A DNA stretch of 64,000 nt, from positions 23,934,001 through 23,998,000 of the forward strand of contig CM075988.1 in the NCBI GenBank assembly GCA_038087875.1, given 5' to 3'. The first letter of the stretch is position 1. The number at the start of each line of letters is the position of its first letter. Positions 24,400 to 35,924 of the stretch are shown here, piece after piece. Under the pieces are notes generated by a model. The model ran no database searches and was not told the DNA's origin. It saw only the letters and a program-made list of their open reading frames with translations. The DNA is from Malacoraja senta. Lineage: Eukaryota. The translations under genes were made by a program, and so were the position numbers.

Positions 24400-25550
24400 A
24401 GTCATTTGAGTATTCTGAGATCCCTGGATTCTCCCGGAAGCACCACCACTGGTTCTTACTCCCGCTGCAGGCCGCCAGCTACGTCCCTGCGTTGATGAGC
24501 GACTTGGTCCTGGTCTAAGATCCGTATGACGTCTGAAAGGATACTTCCTCTTTACAGACTTTGTAACCATTGATGTTTTTATCAATCTTGTTTTCGCTTC
24601 ATCTTCCAACTCTTTAATACGTCTCCCGAGATCCTCTCCAAAGATTAAGTTGGGTAATTGTATATTACTTGGTTTGCAGAGTGCTGCGAATTTCGGATTC
24701 ATAGTAGGCCGTATAGCACTTTCCTCAGATAATTGATCTCGAAGTGGGTGCTGCATAGCAACCCCAGTGCTTCCTGATGCAACTTCGTCATCTCTTGGCT
24801 GTTATCTGCTATTCTGGTAAAAGCAGTTATTCCAGAACCCAGCAGCTTTAATATTCTCTGCAACTGATTCCAGATAATTTGGTTCACTGCTTCTGCTTTC
24901 AGCAACCCACAGTTACTTGGGGTCTCCTGCTTTCTTGCAGTCTCATCCATCTCTTGCTGTTCCAGCTGATGGTAAACCAAGTAATTTATTAAGGAGGCCA
25001 GTTCTTCTCCTAATGGCTCTCCTGACCCTGACGGGGCAGCGAATCCTACTGCCAGGGGTGGAACATCTGGCAGCTGCCATTCATCGCCTTGTACAGCCTC
25101 ACCGTCAGAGTCGGGGTCTGAAATCTCATGACCCGTAGCACGCTCCTCATCCCTGAGGGTGCATTCCATCAGCCCTGAGCTAGGTGCTATTAAGCTGCTT
25201 CCAGCAGCTTGGATTTCAGTACACTCCTTCCTGAGTGAACTTTGCTCCAACAGCCTATGTAAAAGGCTTTCTATTTGGGCAATACGCTCGAAAGCAGTAT
25301 CTAGCCCTGGAGCTACTTCCATTGCCTGGGACTCCCTCCGTGGGCCGTTGGGATTTAAACTTTGTCTTTTGCCCGACAGGCACTGACTGTGTTTTCACCA
25401 GCCCCAGGTCCACAGTCGCTATGCTCACCGCTGGCGACTGTACCGGGGTTTAGAGGCGGTTGGTCTCTAACCGCGGACTCCCGACTTTCCCGACTTTCTG
25501 TCGGCTGTGTCGCTCGCCTCTTCCCCCTGTCCGGTTTTTTTCCCCATGGC
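24400..25550 (-). pseudogene. DIRS gag-like ORF1 (fragmented)
   Basis: ORFs 24699..25322 and 24184..24756 (PSNCGLL...VNQIIW; LIFGEDLGRRIKEL) lie upstream of RT within the DIRS termini. Confidence 0.65.
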
Positions 25551-25609
25551 GTCTGTGGATAACTGGCGGGGTTCTTCACGTAGTCACTCACGTGACTCCG
25601 AAGTAAAAT

Positions 25610-27346
25610 GTTGTAAATTTCTATATGATCCCGCCACAATCTTCTAAATTCTAGCGAGTACAAACCGAGTCTATCCAGTCTTTCTTCATATGAAAGTCCT
25701 GACATCCCAGGAATCAGTCTGGTGAACCTTCTCTGTACTCCCTCTATGGCAAGAATGTCTTTCCTCAGATTAGGAGACCAAAACTGTACGCAATACTCCA
25801 GGTGTGGTCTCACCAAGACCCTGTACAACTGCAGTAGAACCTCCCTGCTCCTATACTCAAATCCTTTTGCTATGAATGCTAACATACCATTCGCCTTCTT
25901 CACTGCCTGCTGCACCTGCATGCCTACTTTTAATGACTGGTGTACCACGACACCCAGGTCTCGTTGCATCTCCCCTTTTCCTAATCGGCCACCATTCAGA
26001 TAATAGTCTACTTTCCTGTTTTTGCCACCAAAGTGGATAACCTCACATTTATCCACATTATACTGCATCTGCCATGCATTTGCCCACTCACCCAGCCTAT
26101 CCAAGTCACCTTGCAGCCTCTGAGCATCCTCCTCACAGCTAACACTGCCCCCCAGCTTTGTGTCATCCGCAAACTTGGATATGTTGCATTCAATTCCCTC
26201 GTCCAAATCATTAATAAATATCGTAAATAGCTGGGGTCCCAGCACTGAGCCTTGCGGTACCCCACGAGTCACTGCCTGCCATTGTGAAAAGGACCCGTTT
26301 ACTCCTACTCTTTGCTTCCTGTCTGCCAGCCTGTTCTCTATCCACATCAATACTGAACCCCCAATACCGTGTGCTTTAAGTTTGTATACTAATCTCTTAT
26401 GTGGGACCTTGTCGAAAGCCTTCTGAAAGTCCAGATATAACACATCCACTGGTTCTCCCTTATCCACTCTACTAGTTACATCCTCGAAAAATTCTATAAG
26501 AATCATCAGACATGATTTACCTTTCATAAATCCATGCTGACTTTGTCCAATGATTTCACCACTTTCCAAATGTGCTGCTATCCCATCTTTAATAACTGAT
26601 TCTAGCAGTTTCCCCACTACCGACGTTAGACTAACTGGTCTGTAATTCCCCGTTTTCTCTCTCCCTCCCTTTTTAAAAAGTGGGGTTACAGTAGCTACTC
26701 TCCAATCCTCAGGAACTACTCCAGAATCTAAAGAGTTTTGAAAAATTATCACTAATGGATCCACTATTTCTGGGGCTACTTCCTTAAGTACTCTGGGATG
26801 CAGCCTATCTGGCCCTGGGGATTTATCGGCCTTTAATCCATTCAATTTACCTAACACCACTTCCTGGCTAACCTGGATTTCACTCAGTTCCTCCATCTCA
26901 TTTGACCCCCGGTCCCCTGCTATTTCCGGCAGATTATTTATGTCTTCCTTAGTGAAGACAGAACCAAAGTAGTTATTCAATTGGTCTGCCATGTCCTTGT
27001 TCCCCATGATCAATTCACCTGTTTCTGACTGCAAGGGACCTACATTTGTTTTAACTAATCTTTTTCTCTTCACATATCTATAAAAGTTTTTGCAGTCAGT
27101 TTTTATGTTCCCTGCCAGTTTTCTTTCATAATCTATTTTCCCTTTCCTAATTAAGCCCTTTGTCCTCCTCTGCTGGACTCTGAATTTCTCCCAGTCCTCT
27201 GGTAGGCTGCTTTTTCTGGCTAATTTGTACGCTTCATCTTTTGTTTTGATTCTATCCCTGATTTCCCTTGTTATCCATGGATGCACTACCTTCCCTGATT
27301 TATTTTTTTGCCAAACTGGGATGAACAATTGTTGTAGTTCATCCAT
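25610..27346 (-). CDS. CR1 ORF2 (RT region, endonuclease missing), uninterrupted ~580 codons
   Basis: PWIT, FYRYVK, KSPGPDRLHPRVLKE, YLDFQKAFD, GVPQGSVLGP and FADDTKL; near-identical to ORF 9303..10535. Confidence 0.92.
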
Positions 27347-27369
27347 GCAGTCTTTAAATGCCTTCCATT

Positions 27370-28116
27370 GCGTATCTCCCTGTTCCTGCTCTCGCCAACA
27401 CGAGGAACTGGAAGCAAACCGGAGATAAACACCCTGGAGGTCCTGCTTTTCAGCATTTTTCCGAGCTCTCTAAAGTCACGCTGCAGAATATTCATCCCCT
27501 TCTTTCCGACATCGTTTGTGCCGACATGCACTACCACTTCCGGCTGTTCATCTTCGCCCTTGAGGATTTTCTGCACTCTGTCCATGACATCCTGGATCCT
27601 GGCACCAGGAAGGCAGCACACCATCCTCGAATCCCGTCTGTTGCCGCAAAAAAACCCTGTCCGTACCTCTCACAATGGAGTCTCCCACTACAATGGCGTT
27701 GGCTGACTTTGGCGTTTTTGGTTTTGGCTCAACAGCCCTATTCACATCGCAAGCCAGTCTGCCGCTCAGTGTTAAAACGTCTTCTGTCCCGACATCTTCT
27801 AAGTGGGTGAACCTGTTCACAAGAGGTACAACACCCGGGGACGTTTGCATTCCATGCTTCCCTCTCTTTCTCACTGTCTCCCACCTTCTCTCTTCCAGTA
27901 CCTTAGGGGTAACAATCTTACTGTAGGACTTGTCGAGGAACTACTCCGTTTCTCGGACAAACCCGAGGTCATCCACTTGCTTCTCCAGTTCCCCAACACG
28001 GTCCTTCAGGAGCTGTACCTGGATGCACTTGTCACATTTGTAGCAGCCAGAGGCACCAGCAGTGTCCTTGACCTCCCACATACTGCAAGCATCACACTGA
28101 ATCAGCTTGCCTGACA
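27370..28116 (-). pseudogene. CR1 ORF1 with an N-terminal Cys motif/coiled coil and SGNH esterase domain (frameshifted, 3'-deleted)
   Basis: IVVGDSIVRGTDR, VCCLPGARIQDV, VVVHVGTNDVG and FISGLLPVPR. An upstream CDACSMWE...CDKC motif on the minus strand near 28030-28100. Confidence 0.85.
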
Positions 28117-29149
28117 TCTCCTTCTTTCGTCTCTCCCTCTGCAGTGTTTTGCGTAGCCTCCTCTCCTCAGCCTCCTCGCTGAAGACTCCTCTCCTCAGCC
28201 TCCTCGCTGAAGACTCCTCTCCTCAGCCTCCTCGCCGAAGACTCTCGAGCCAAAGACTCACACTTTTGAATGGCGGAGTAGATTTAATGGGCAGAATGGC
28301 CTAATTCTGCTCTTATGAATGTGAAAAATACCTGGATCCAGCTTAAGAATCCTTTGAAGGCCCTGGGTGTAATTATATAAAAGATGGTTAGAGCAGTGTT
28401 AATGTTCCTGTGACCAATGAGGATAGATTGTCTGCCGTGTACACGTTGTTAGCAACAGATGTGATGTCAAGGAGTGGCCTGTGGGAGTTGGCCCAGCCTA
28501 GTGGCATATAACCGGGAGCACACAGGTACTGGCTGCTCTCTCCACTCCCTGTTAATTACAGTGCGAGGGATGTCAAGGCTTGGTAGTAACTGCAATGTGA
28601 TAACCTCGTCACTCGGTGTAAAGGTTTAATTGGTATTCCCACCTTGACCCCGCTAATGTTCTCGACACACCTGTCTGAAACTGCACTTGTGATATCCTGT
28701 CATTGACTTCTCAGATATTGAGTGCCTTTCACCTTAGACCCTGAGATCTACACTGTGCCAGGTAGTTGATAAGTGATAGGAGCAGAATTAGGCCGTTTGC
28801 TCCTATCAAACTCCGCCATTTAATCATGGCTGATCTATCTCTCCCTCTCAACCCCATTCTCCTGCCTTCTCCCCACAACCCCTAGGGTCACGGTCAAAGG
28901 GTGAGCTTCAGTACCCTTCATTGTCTCAGAAAAGACAGGCACGAAAATTCATCGTCAGTGGATCTTAATGCACTCGAGAAATCCTCGGGTTCCTGAATCG
29001 GACTTTACCGGACTTTAACTAAACATGAGTCAGGATTTCAGGAAACATGTGAAAGTGAACCTGTGAATGACAGTGTCGCTGTGAGCTGTCGCACAAATTG
29101 CAACAACTTGCATTGAGCGGAGATGAGCATCAGAAACTATGCTGAGTTT

Positions 29150-29665
29150 TTAGTTTTAGAGATACAGCGCCCTTCGGCCCACCGGGTCCGCACTGAGCAG
29201 CAATCACGCACATTAACACTATCCTACACGCACTAGGGACGTTTTACACTTGTGCCAAGCCAATTAACCTGCAAACCTGTACGTCTTTGGAGTGTGGGAG
29301 GAAACCGGAGGTTTCGGAGAAAACCCACGCAGGTCACGGGCAGAACGTGCAAACTCCGTACAGACAGCACCCGTAGTCGGGATCAAACCCGACACCTGGT
29401 TCGTTGGCGCTGTAAAGGGCCTGTCCCACTTTCACGACCTAATTCACGATCTCTGCCGAGTTTGCCCTTGACTCATACTCGCAACGAGGTCGTAGGTAGG
29501 TCGTAGCGGGCCGTGATGCCAGTCGTAGGTACTCGTGGCATCAAGTAGGTCGGGGCGTTTTTCTAGCTTGATGAAAAATGACCACGAGTAAAAAAGGTCG
29601 TGAATTAGGTGGTGAAAGTGGGACAGAGCCCTTAAGGCAGCAACACGACCGCTGCTCCACTGTGT
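29150..29665 (-). mobile_element. HE1-like SINE interrupted by a MITE
   Basis: ggcgctg-TAA-[MITE]-TAA-ggcagcaac rejoins into the SINE head. Confidence 0.8.
29416..29632. mobile_element. PIF/Harbinger-type MITE, TAA TSD
   Basis: TIR AGGGCCTGTCCCACTTTCACGACCTAATTCACGA. TAA at 29413-29415 and 29633-29635. Confidence 0.85.
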
Positions 29666-30169
29666 TCACTGCTGCACTGTGGAAATGCACAAACTGTGAG
29701 CTGCAGAAAGAAATAACACTCTGAATAATGACGTGCTAGTAAGTGAGATTTATTAGAGCGAGGTTAATGCTTAATATACCCGAGAATGATGCAGCGAGAA
29801 AAGCAGGAGAGGCAGAGGATTGCTGTTATAAGGAACATATTAAAATGATAAAAGGAATTATGTCCTTAAGGAGCTAGACACACAGAATCAGAGAATTGTT
29901 GAGGAGCAGAAGGCCAATTGGCCCAGTGAGTCTCCGCCAGGTCCCAATAGAGCAGTTGTCACTTCCATCCCCTGCTCATTTCTCACAGCGTTTCAAATTA
30001 TTCTCTGTTAAATGCCAGGCCAGTCACCTTCAGGAAGAATTGATTGATTGTGTTTCCCCCGCCCCTACAGGCAGCTTATACCGTGCAAAAGGTTTGCCAC
30101 AACCCCCCCCCCACCCCCCCACAACCCCCACCTTTGTCCCTTTCACCCTGAATTTCAGTCTGCCTTGGC

Positions 30170-30365
30170 CTACGCGATCTCCCAGTTGCCAAACACTTTA
30201 ACTCCCCCTCCCATTCCCACACTGACCTTTCTGTCCTGGGCCTCCTCCACTGTCAGAGTGCGGTCAAACACAAAGTGGAGGAACAGCACCTTATATTTCG
30301 CTTGGGCAGCGTACAACCCAGCGATAATATTATTGATTTCTCTAATTTCAAATATCTCTTGCATT

Positions 30366-30421
<56 letters not shown>

Positions 30422-30945
30422 TCTTCCCCCACGCTAGTCATCGTACTAGTTTCACTGTCGTCCTGCTTAGTTTCACTGTTTGTATCCACTCGTCATCACC
30501 TTTCCCACAGCCAACAATGGACCATTGTGGGCTCCACTTTTCCTCGATTATCGTTGCTGGCTTTGATTTGTTCCTTTCGTACCTTTCATTCATTTGTGTT
30601 TTGTACCTTTTTGTACCTCTCGTTTCCCTCTCCCCTGTACACAGATGTGTACAGCAATTCATTCTCCCCCCGCACAATTAAAGCATGGAATAACCTCCAC
30701 CCCACCATAGTTACCCAACCAGATGCAACTAAATTTAAGGGAGCTCTTTCTTCCCAAAAACCCTTTCTGGCTTAAGTCCTCCCTCCACCACCTCCAGTTT
30801 AAATTCCAATTTGGAATATTTTGGAGGACCAAGAAACCAAGAACCAAGACTCTCAGTCTGGATCTGAAACGTCACCCATCCCTTCTCTCCAGCGATGCTG
30901 CCTGACCTGCTGGGTTACTCCAGCATTTTTTGTCTACCTACTTTT
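30170..30945 (+). mobile_element. Penelope-like 3' fragment (GIY-YIG end and 3' UTR) with a (CT)n microsatellite and an inserted LINE tail
   Basis: EEQHLIFRLGSVQPSDNIIDFSNF; 3' UTR shared with other copies. Confidence 0.7.
30638..30849 (+). mobile_element. CR1/L2-group LINE 3' end with (ACCAAGA)n tail
   Basis: YSNSFSPRTIKAWNNL...KFKGAL. Inserted between cccctg and actctcagtctg of the PLE-derived repeat. Confidence 0.6.
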
Positions 30946-31269
30946 AATAGGACTTGCCTTGCCCATGAAACAGTGACTGATGGGAGCGGTTTCTCTGTGT
31001 TTCTCCTGTTCATATACAGTCACGATCCAGACTCTATCAAGTCTCTGCTCAACCTCCTTGGCTTCACGGAGAACCCTTGCACCTTCTCCACTTTAACCTT
31101 GCAGTTGAACTTGTTCACCCTGCATCCTTACTGCTACCTTGAACGGGTGTTACGAACCAATAAAGGTGTTATTAAACTGACTGATTTATTTCGATAGCCA
31201 CCAATTAGCGGGAAGGTTAGAGAAGCAGGGCTGCGAAGGAAATATCTAGAGACCAATCTGAATCTGAGA

Positions 31270-32490
31270 AGATTCACGAGGATGTTGCTGGGACTAGAGG
31301 GTGTGAGCAATAGGGAGAGGTTGAGCAGGCTGGGACTCCTTTCCTTGGAGCGCAGTAGGATGCGGGGGTGATCCTACAGAGGTGTACAAAATCATGAGAA
31401 CAATAGATCAGGTAGATGTACAGTCTCTCTTGCCCAGTGAAGGTGAATCGAGGACCAGAGGACATAGGTTTAAGGTGAAGGGGAAACAATTTAATAGAAG
31501 TCTGAGGGGTAACTTTTTCATACAAAGGGTGTATGGAACAAGCTGCCAGAGGAGGTAGTTGAGGCTGGGACTATCCCAACGTTTAAAAAAATGGATAGGA
31601 CAGGTTTGGAGGGATATGGACCAAATGCGGGCAGGTGGGTCTAGTGTAGACAATAGACAATAGATGCAGGAGTAGGCCATTCGGCCCTTCGAGCCAGCAC
31701 CGCCATTCAATGTGATCATGGCTGATCATCCACAATCACTACCCCGTTCCTGCTGTCTCCCCATATCCCCTGATTCCGCTATCTTTAAGAGCCCTATCTA
31801 GCTCTCTCTTGAAAGTATCCAGAGAACCGGCCTCCACCGCCCTCTGAGGCAGAGAATTCCACAGACTCACAACTCTCTGTGTGAAAAAGTGTTTCCTCGT
31901 CTCCGTTCTAAATGGCTTACTCCTTATTCTTAAACTGTGGCCCCTGGTTCTGGACTCCCCCAACATTGGGAACATGTTTCCTGCCTCTGGCGTGTCTAAA
32001 TTCTTAATAATCTTATATGTTTCAATAAGATATCCTCTCATCCTTCTAAACTCCAGACTATACAAGCCCAGCTGCTCCATTCTCTCAGCATATGACAGTC
32101 CTGCCATCCCGGGAATTAACCTTGTGAACCTACGCTGCACTCCCTCAGTAGCAAGAATGTCCTTCCTGAAATTAGGGGACCAAAACTGCACACAATACTC
32201 CAGGTATGGTCTCACTAGGGCTCTGTACAACTGCAGAAGGACCTCTTTGCTCCTATACTCAACTCCTCTTGTTATGAAGGCCAACATGCCATTCGCTTTC
32301 TTCACTGCCTGCTGTACCTGCATGCTTACTTTCATTGACTGATGAACAAGGACCCCCAGATCCCGTTGTACTTCCCTGACCCGAAACGTCACCCTGCCTG
32401 GAATTAACCTTGTGAACCTAGCTGGGACGGTGTGGGTAAGTTGGGTCGAAGGGTCTGTTTCCACGCTGTGTCGCTCTGTGATTCCATGAC
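31270..32490. mobile_element. CR1 (+) 3' fragment interrupted by a 5'-truncated CR1 (-) at 31648-32420
   Basis: ORF 31739..32464 CR1 C-terminus. The + copy resumes at ~32421 (gctgggac...gggtcgaagggtctgtttcc). Confidence 0.8.
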
Positions 32491-32969
32491 CAGTACGGAC
32501 AATAGCTTCATTAAGGGCAAGAAAATCACCTATTATTGACCTGGGCAGTGTTTACAATGAGGGCAACAAAGGGCAGTAATTTATCATGTGTTGATGAGGA
32601 ATTCCTTGAACAGGATTCTCGCTGTCTAGTGAGGAAAGATTTACTAATAGATCAGGTGTAGAATATTAGTGGTGGGTTATCCTGGGAATAGTTGTCATAA
32701 TATCATTAATTTTAGATGAATTTTGCAAAAGAGGAATTATCAATAAAAATGTTTAACAGGAGGAGGGCTAATTTCAGAAAATTGGATCTAGCGCAGTCCT
32801 CTACTCACACAGCAGGTGAATACCACAAAGATTGCTAGTTATTGGATGGCATTTTGGTGCGGTATGTTGCAGATGAGATGTTGTGCATTTGGTTTTCGCC
32901 ACCAGGCTGTTTAATGCATGAGTGAATGGAAAGATGTTCTCAAATTAAGCGCGCACCTTGGTTCGTTCA

Positions 32970-33320
32970 TGAGTTCTAGGAGCAGAATTAGGACATTCAG
33001 CCCATCGAGTTCACTCCACCATTCAATCTAGGCTGATCTATCTTTCCCTCTCAACCCCATTCTCCTGCCTTCTCCCCATAAACCCCCGACATCCGTACTA
33101 TTCAAGAATCTGTCAATCTCCGCCTTAAAAATATCCATTGACTTGGCCTCCACAGCCATTTGTGGCAGTGAATTCCACAGATTCCACCACCCTCTGACTA
33201 AAGAAATTCCTTCTCATCTCCTTTCTCAAGGTGCTTCCTTTTATTCTGAGGCTATGGCCTCTGGTCCTGGACTCTCCCACCAGTAGAAACATCCTCTCCA
33301 CGTTCCCCCCCCATCCAGGC
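32970..33320 (-). mobile_element. CR1 3' fragment (second subfamily)
   Basis: ERMFLLVGESRTRGHSLRIKG...FFSQRVV. Confidence 0.8.
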
Positions 33321-34357
33321 CAGTTGGTGGGCGATTTCTTCATACACTGTGCGATTTGTTCACCTGTAGAAGTATGATCCGACCCCTTGTCGTCATGCAG
33401 GGAGCGACACTCTGTTAGACTGGCAGCCAGGGAGGTGGGATGTATTTCGGAGCATCGCTTTGGGGCGGCACAGTGGCGCAGCGGTCGAGCGGGTCACAGG
33501 GAGAACGCACAAACTCCGTACAGGCAGCACCCGCAGTCAGGATTGGACCCGGGGCTCTGGCGCTGTGAGGCAGCAACTCTACCACTGCGCCACCGTGCCA
33601 CCCAGAATGCAGTTTTAGAAATTTGTGTATGATTATAAGCAATAGGGGTGAGGAAGGTGGTAAGGTGCTTCAAGGGACCGTGGGCAGCTTGGTAGATCGG
33701 GGAAAACACATTTTCAGTATTCAAAACTGAACTGAATCAGTATTTCCAGCCTTCTGTCAGAGAATCTCAGAGAGGTGTTGATGGTTTAAGAGTTTTGTAG
33801 AATCCCTGTACCTGCGGTGTGGGGTTGATAGTCCATTTCTCCAGCAACTTGGGAGACAGAGAGAGATAAGGATTCAGGTAGTTAGATTTAGTGGCCTTGT
33901 CAACGGGTGCCTGAGTTATTGGAGTTGGAGGCCTTGTACATTAAGTGAACTGACTGTGGCTCAGGCAGTCTGACAATGGTGCCTGCAATTGACCTCATTC
34001 TACATAAAAACTCCTTTGAATGTGACTTCAAGCTGCATTGATTTGGAGAATGAGCATTTGATTCCTGTCACTGGCTGGGGCTGTTTGTCCAAGGTTAGCG
34101 TTGGCGAGATTTCATGGTGAGATGTGAATGTCAAGTGAATGCGCTACATATCAGCTTAGCTCTGCCTGCACGTAAGGATAAGACTTAATATTAACATCAG
34201 GAAACAAAAGCCAGGAAGCCATTCCGAACCTGTTTAAAACACTTGTTCAGCTCCAACTGGGATTCCAAGTTCACTTCAAGGCACCACCCGCACTCCAGGG
34301 AGGGAGTGGATGGAGGCTTTGGAGAGGTTGCGTAGAAGCATAATTGGGGAAAGTTAT

Positions 34358-34687
34358 AGCCCCTGTCCCACGGTACGAGTTCATTCCAAGAGCTCTCCCG
34401 AGTTAAAAAAAAATCAAACTCATGGTAAGCACGGAGAATGAACGTAGCGGGTACGTCGGAGCTCGGGGACGTCTCCTAGCGGCTCGTAACGCTAACGGCA
34501 GGTACTCGGGAAGACTCGCTAACGGCAGGTAAGCACGGGAGGACTCGTGAAGATTTTTCAACATGATGAAAAATGTCCACGAGAGCCCCGAGTACCGACG
34601 AGCGGCCATTACCGTGAATCTCCGAGTTCGAATCAGGGCAAACTCGGGAGAGCTCTTGGAATGAACTCGTACCGTGGGACAGGGGTT
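34358..34687. mobile_element. PIF/Harbinger-type MITE
   Basis: TIR AGCCCCTGTCCCACGGTACGAGTTCATTCCAAGAGCTCTCCCGAGTT. Same family as 39257, 48213, 55114 and 62459. Confidence 0.85.
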
Positions 34688-35040
34688 TTACAGGGATAAC
34701 GGGGTGGGTGTGGATGGACACTCGCCCACCAGAGACGCTGAACTCAGCCCCGAGCCAATGGCGTCCGTGGAAGCTGTGAGCAACTGCTGAGAGCGCAGGA
34801 GGACCAGTGAGAGTGTAGGGGGGCTGTCGAGGGGGGACCTGTGCCACCGAGTGCTACTTGGTGGGGGGTTGGGGGGGCCATCGAGAACAAAGGGGGGGGG
34901 CCCCGGGGGGGGGGGGGGGGGGGGCTGCCTGCTGCCACGTGCGGACTGTTGGGTGAACTTTTGTGACGTTGTCGGTGCCGAAACGTAGCAACCCTTGTGC
35001 ACTGCCTGGGTTAAGTCTGGTGTCTGAATTTACCAGGTTG

Positions 35041-35380
35041 ATTCAACAACATAATGGTTGAACACAAACTCAAAACAGATGCTAGGGTCGGGCGAGCGGG
35101 CGTATGGAAGGGGAGTGCGATATATCTCAGCTTCTTTTACACCTTCCTTAGTTCTGGGGGTTTTCTTTTTTCTTGAATTTTTTTCTTTCTTTCTCTTTTC
35201 TTCTTTCTTTCCCTTTTTTCATTTTTTCTTTTTATCCAATCTAGTTATTAGTTCGTAAAATGTTAAAAACTGAAGCATTACGAAAAAATTGTGTAACCTG
35301 TTATGTCGATCATTGTCTTTTTGTACAATTGCTTCTAACAAAAATAAAATAAAAAATAAAATAAAATAAAAAAAAAAAAA
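35041..35380 (+). mobile_element. Poly(A)-tailed retroposed fragment (L1/Tx1-like 3' end) with 15-bp TSD
   Basis: GAATTTACCAGGTTG at 35026-35040 and 35381-35395. T-rich UTR, AATAAA and A-rich tail. Confidence 0.75.
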
Positions 35381-35496
35381 GAATTTACCAGGTTGCTCAC
35401 AAAACTAAACATTCCCCTCGACCTAGGTACACCTGACCATAAAGTATCATTGAGTTTTTCTTTGAGCAGAGATGGCCACCAGAGACGAGAGAGAGA

Positions 35497-35527
<31 letters not shown>

Positions 35528-35924
35528 CTGTTTAAAACCGTGAAGTGTTTAATAAATCGAATCTGTTTTGAGTGGCCGAGGATCAATAACTTGTATTGGG
35601 AATGACAATAGGGAGAGTTTTTCTGCAATGAGTGGCTGGATCAGGGAAAGAACTATGTGACCAGGTGCAGTTGGAACTTCAAATAGAACTGGACAAATAC
35701 TTGGCCAAAAAATAGGCAGCAAATAGGTAGCTGGATTCAGTAAATCTGACACCCGGCGTTTTGGTGGCGCTGGGAAGGCAGGTTTTCTAGATTATTGTAT
35801 ATTCCACCTTTTAATACCACAGTACATGTAATTTATTTTAGATGCTGCATCAGGGCTGTATAAAGCTTTTCAATGAACCAGGTGAGTATAAAGAGCGCAC
35901 AAGAGTGGGTACCGCTGAGTTTAT

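Larger units (their letters stand above)
15949..25609 (-). mobile_element. DIRS1-type tyrosine-recombinase retrotransposon with both termini and the ICR
   Basis: Domain order gag-RT-RNaseH-MT-YR. ICR 16181-16294 is complementary to both termini. Short ITR core at 16023-16043 / 25562-25582. AAT trinucleotide at both junctions. Confidence 0.93.
15578..28264 (-). mobile_element. CR1 LINE with 5' UTR, esterase ORF1 and internally deleted ORF2, split by the DIRS insertion (segments 28264-25607 and 15951-15578)
   Basis: The flanks rejoin as ccccttaag-AAT-gttgtaaatttctata, collinear with the CR1 at 10520-10560. (GAAACATA)n tail at ~15578-15600. 28-bp tandem repeats in the 5' UTR at 28158-28245. Confidence 0.9.

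Noticed and set aside
25355..27346. 663-aa ORF as a novel RT fusion protein
   Set aside because: The last ~85 aa are read-through from CR1 ORF2 across the insertion junction at 25609 into the DIRS 5' end. It is a by-product of nesting.
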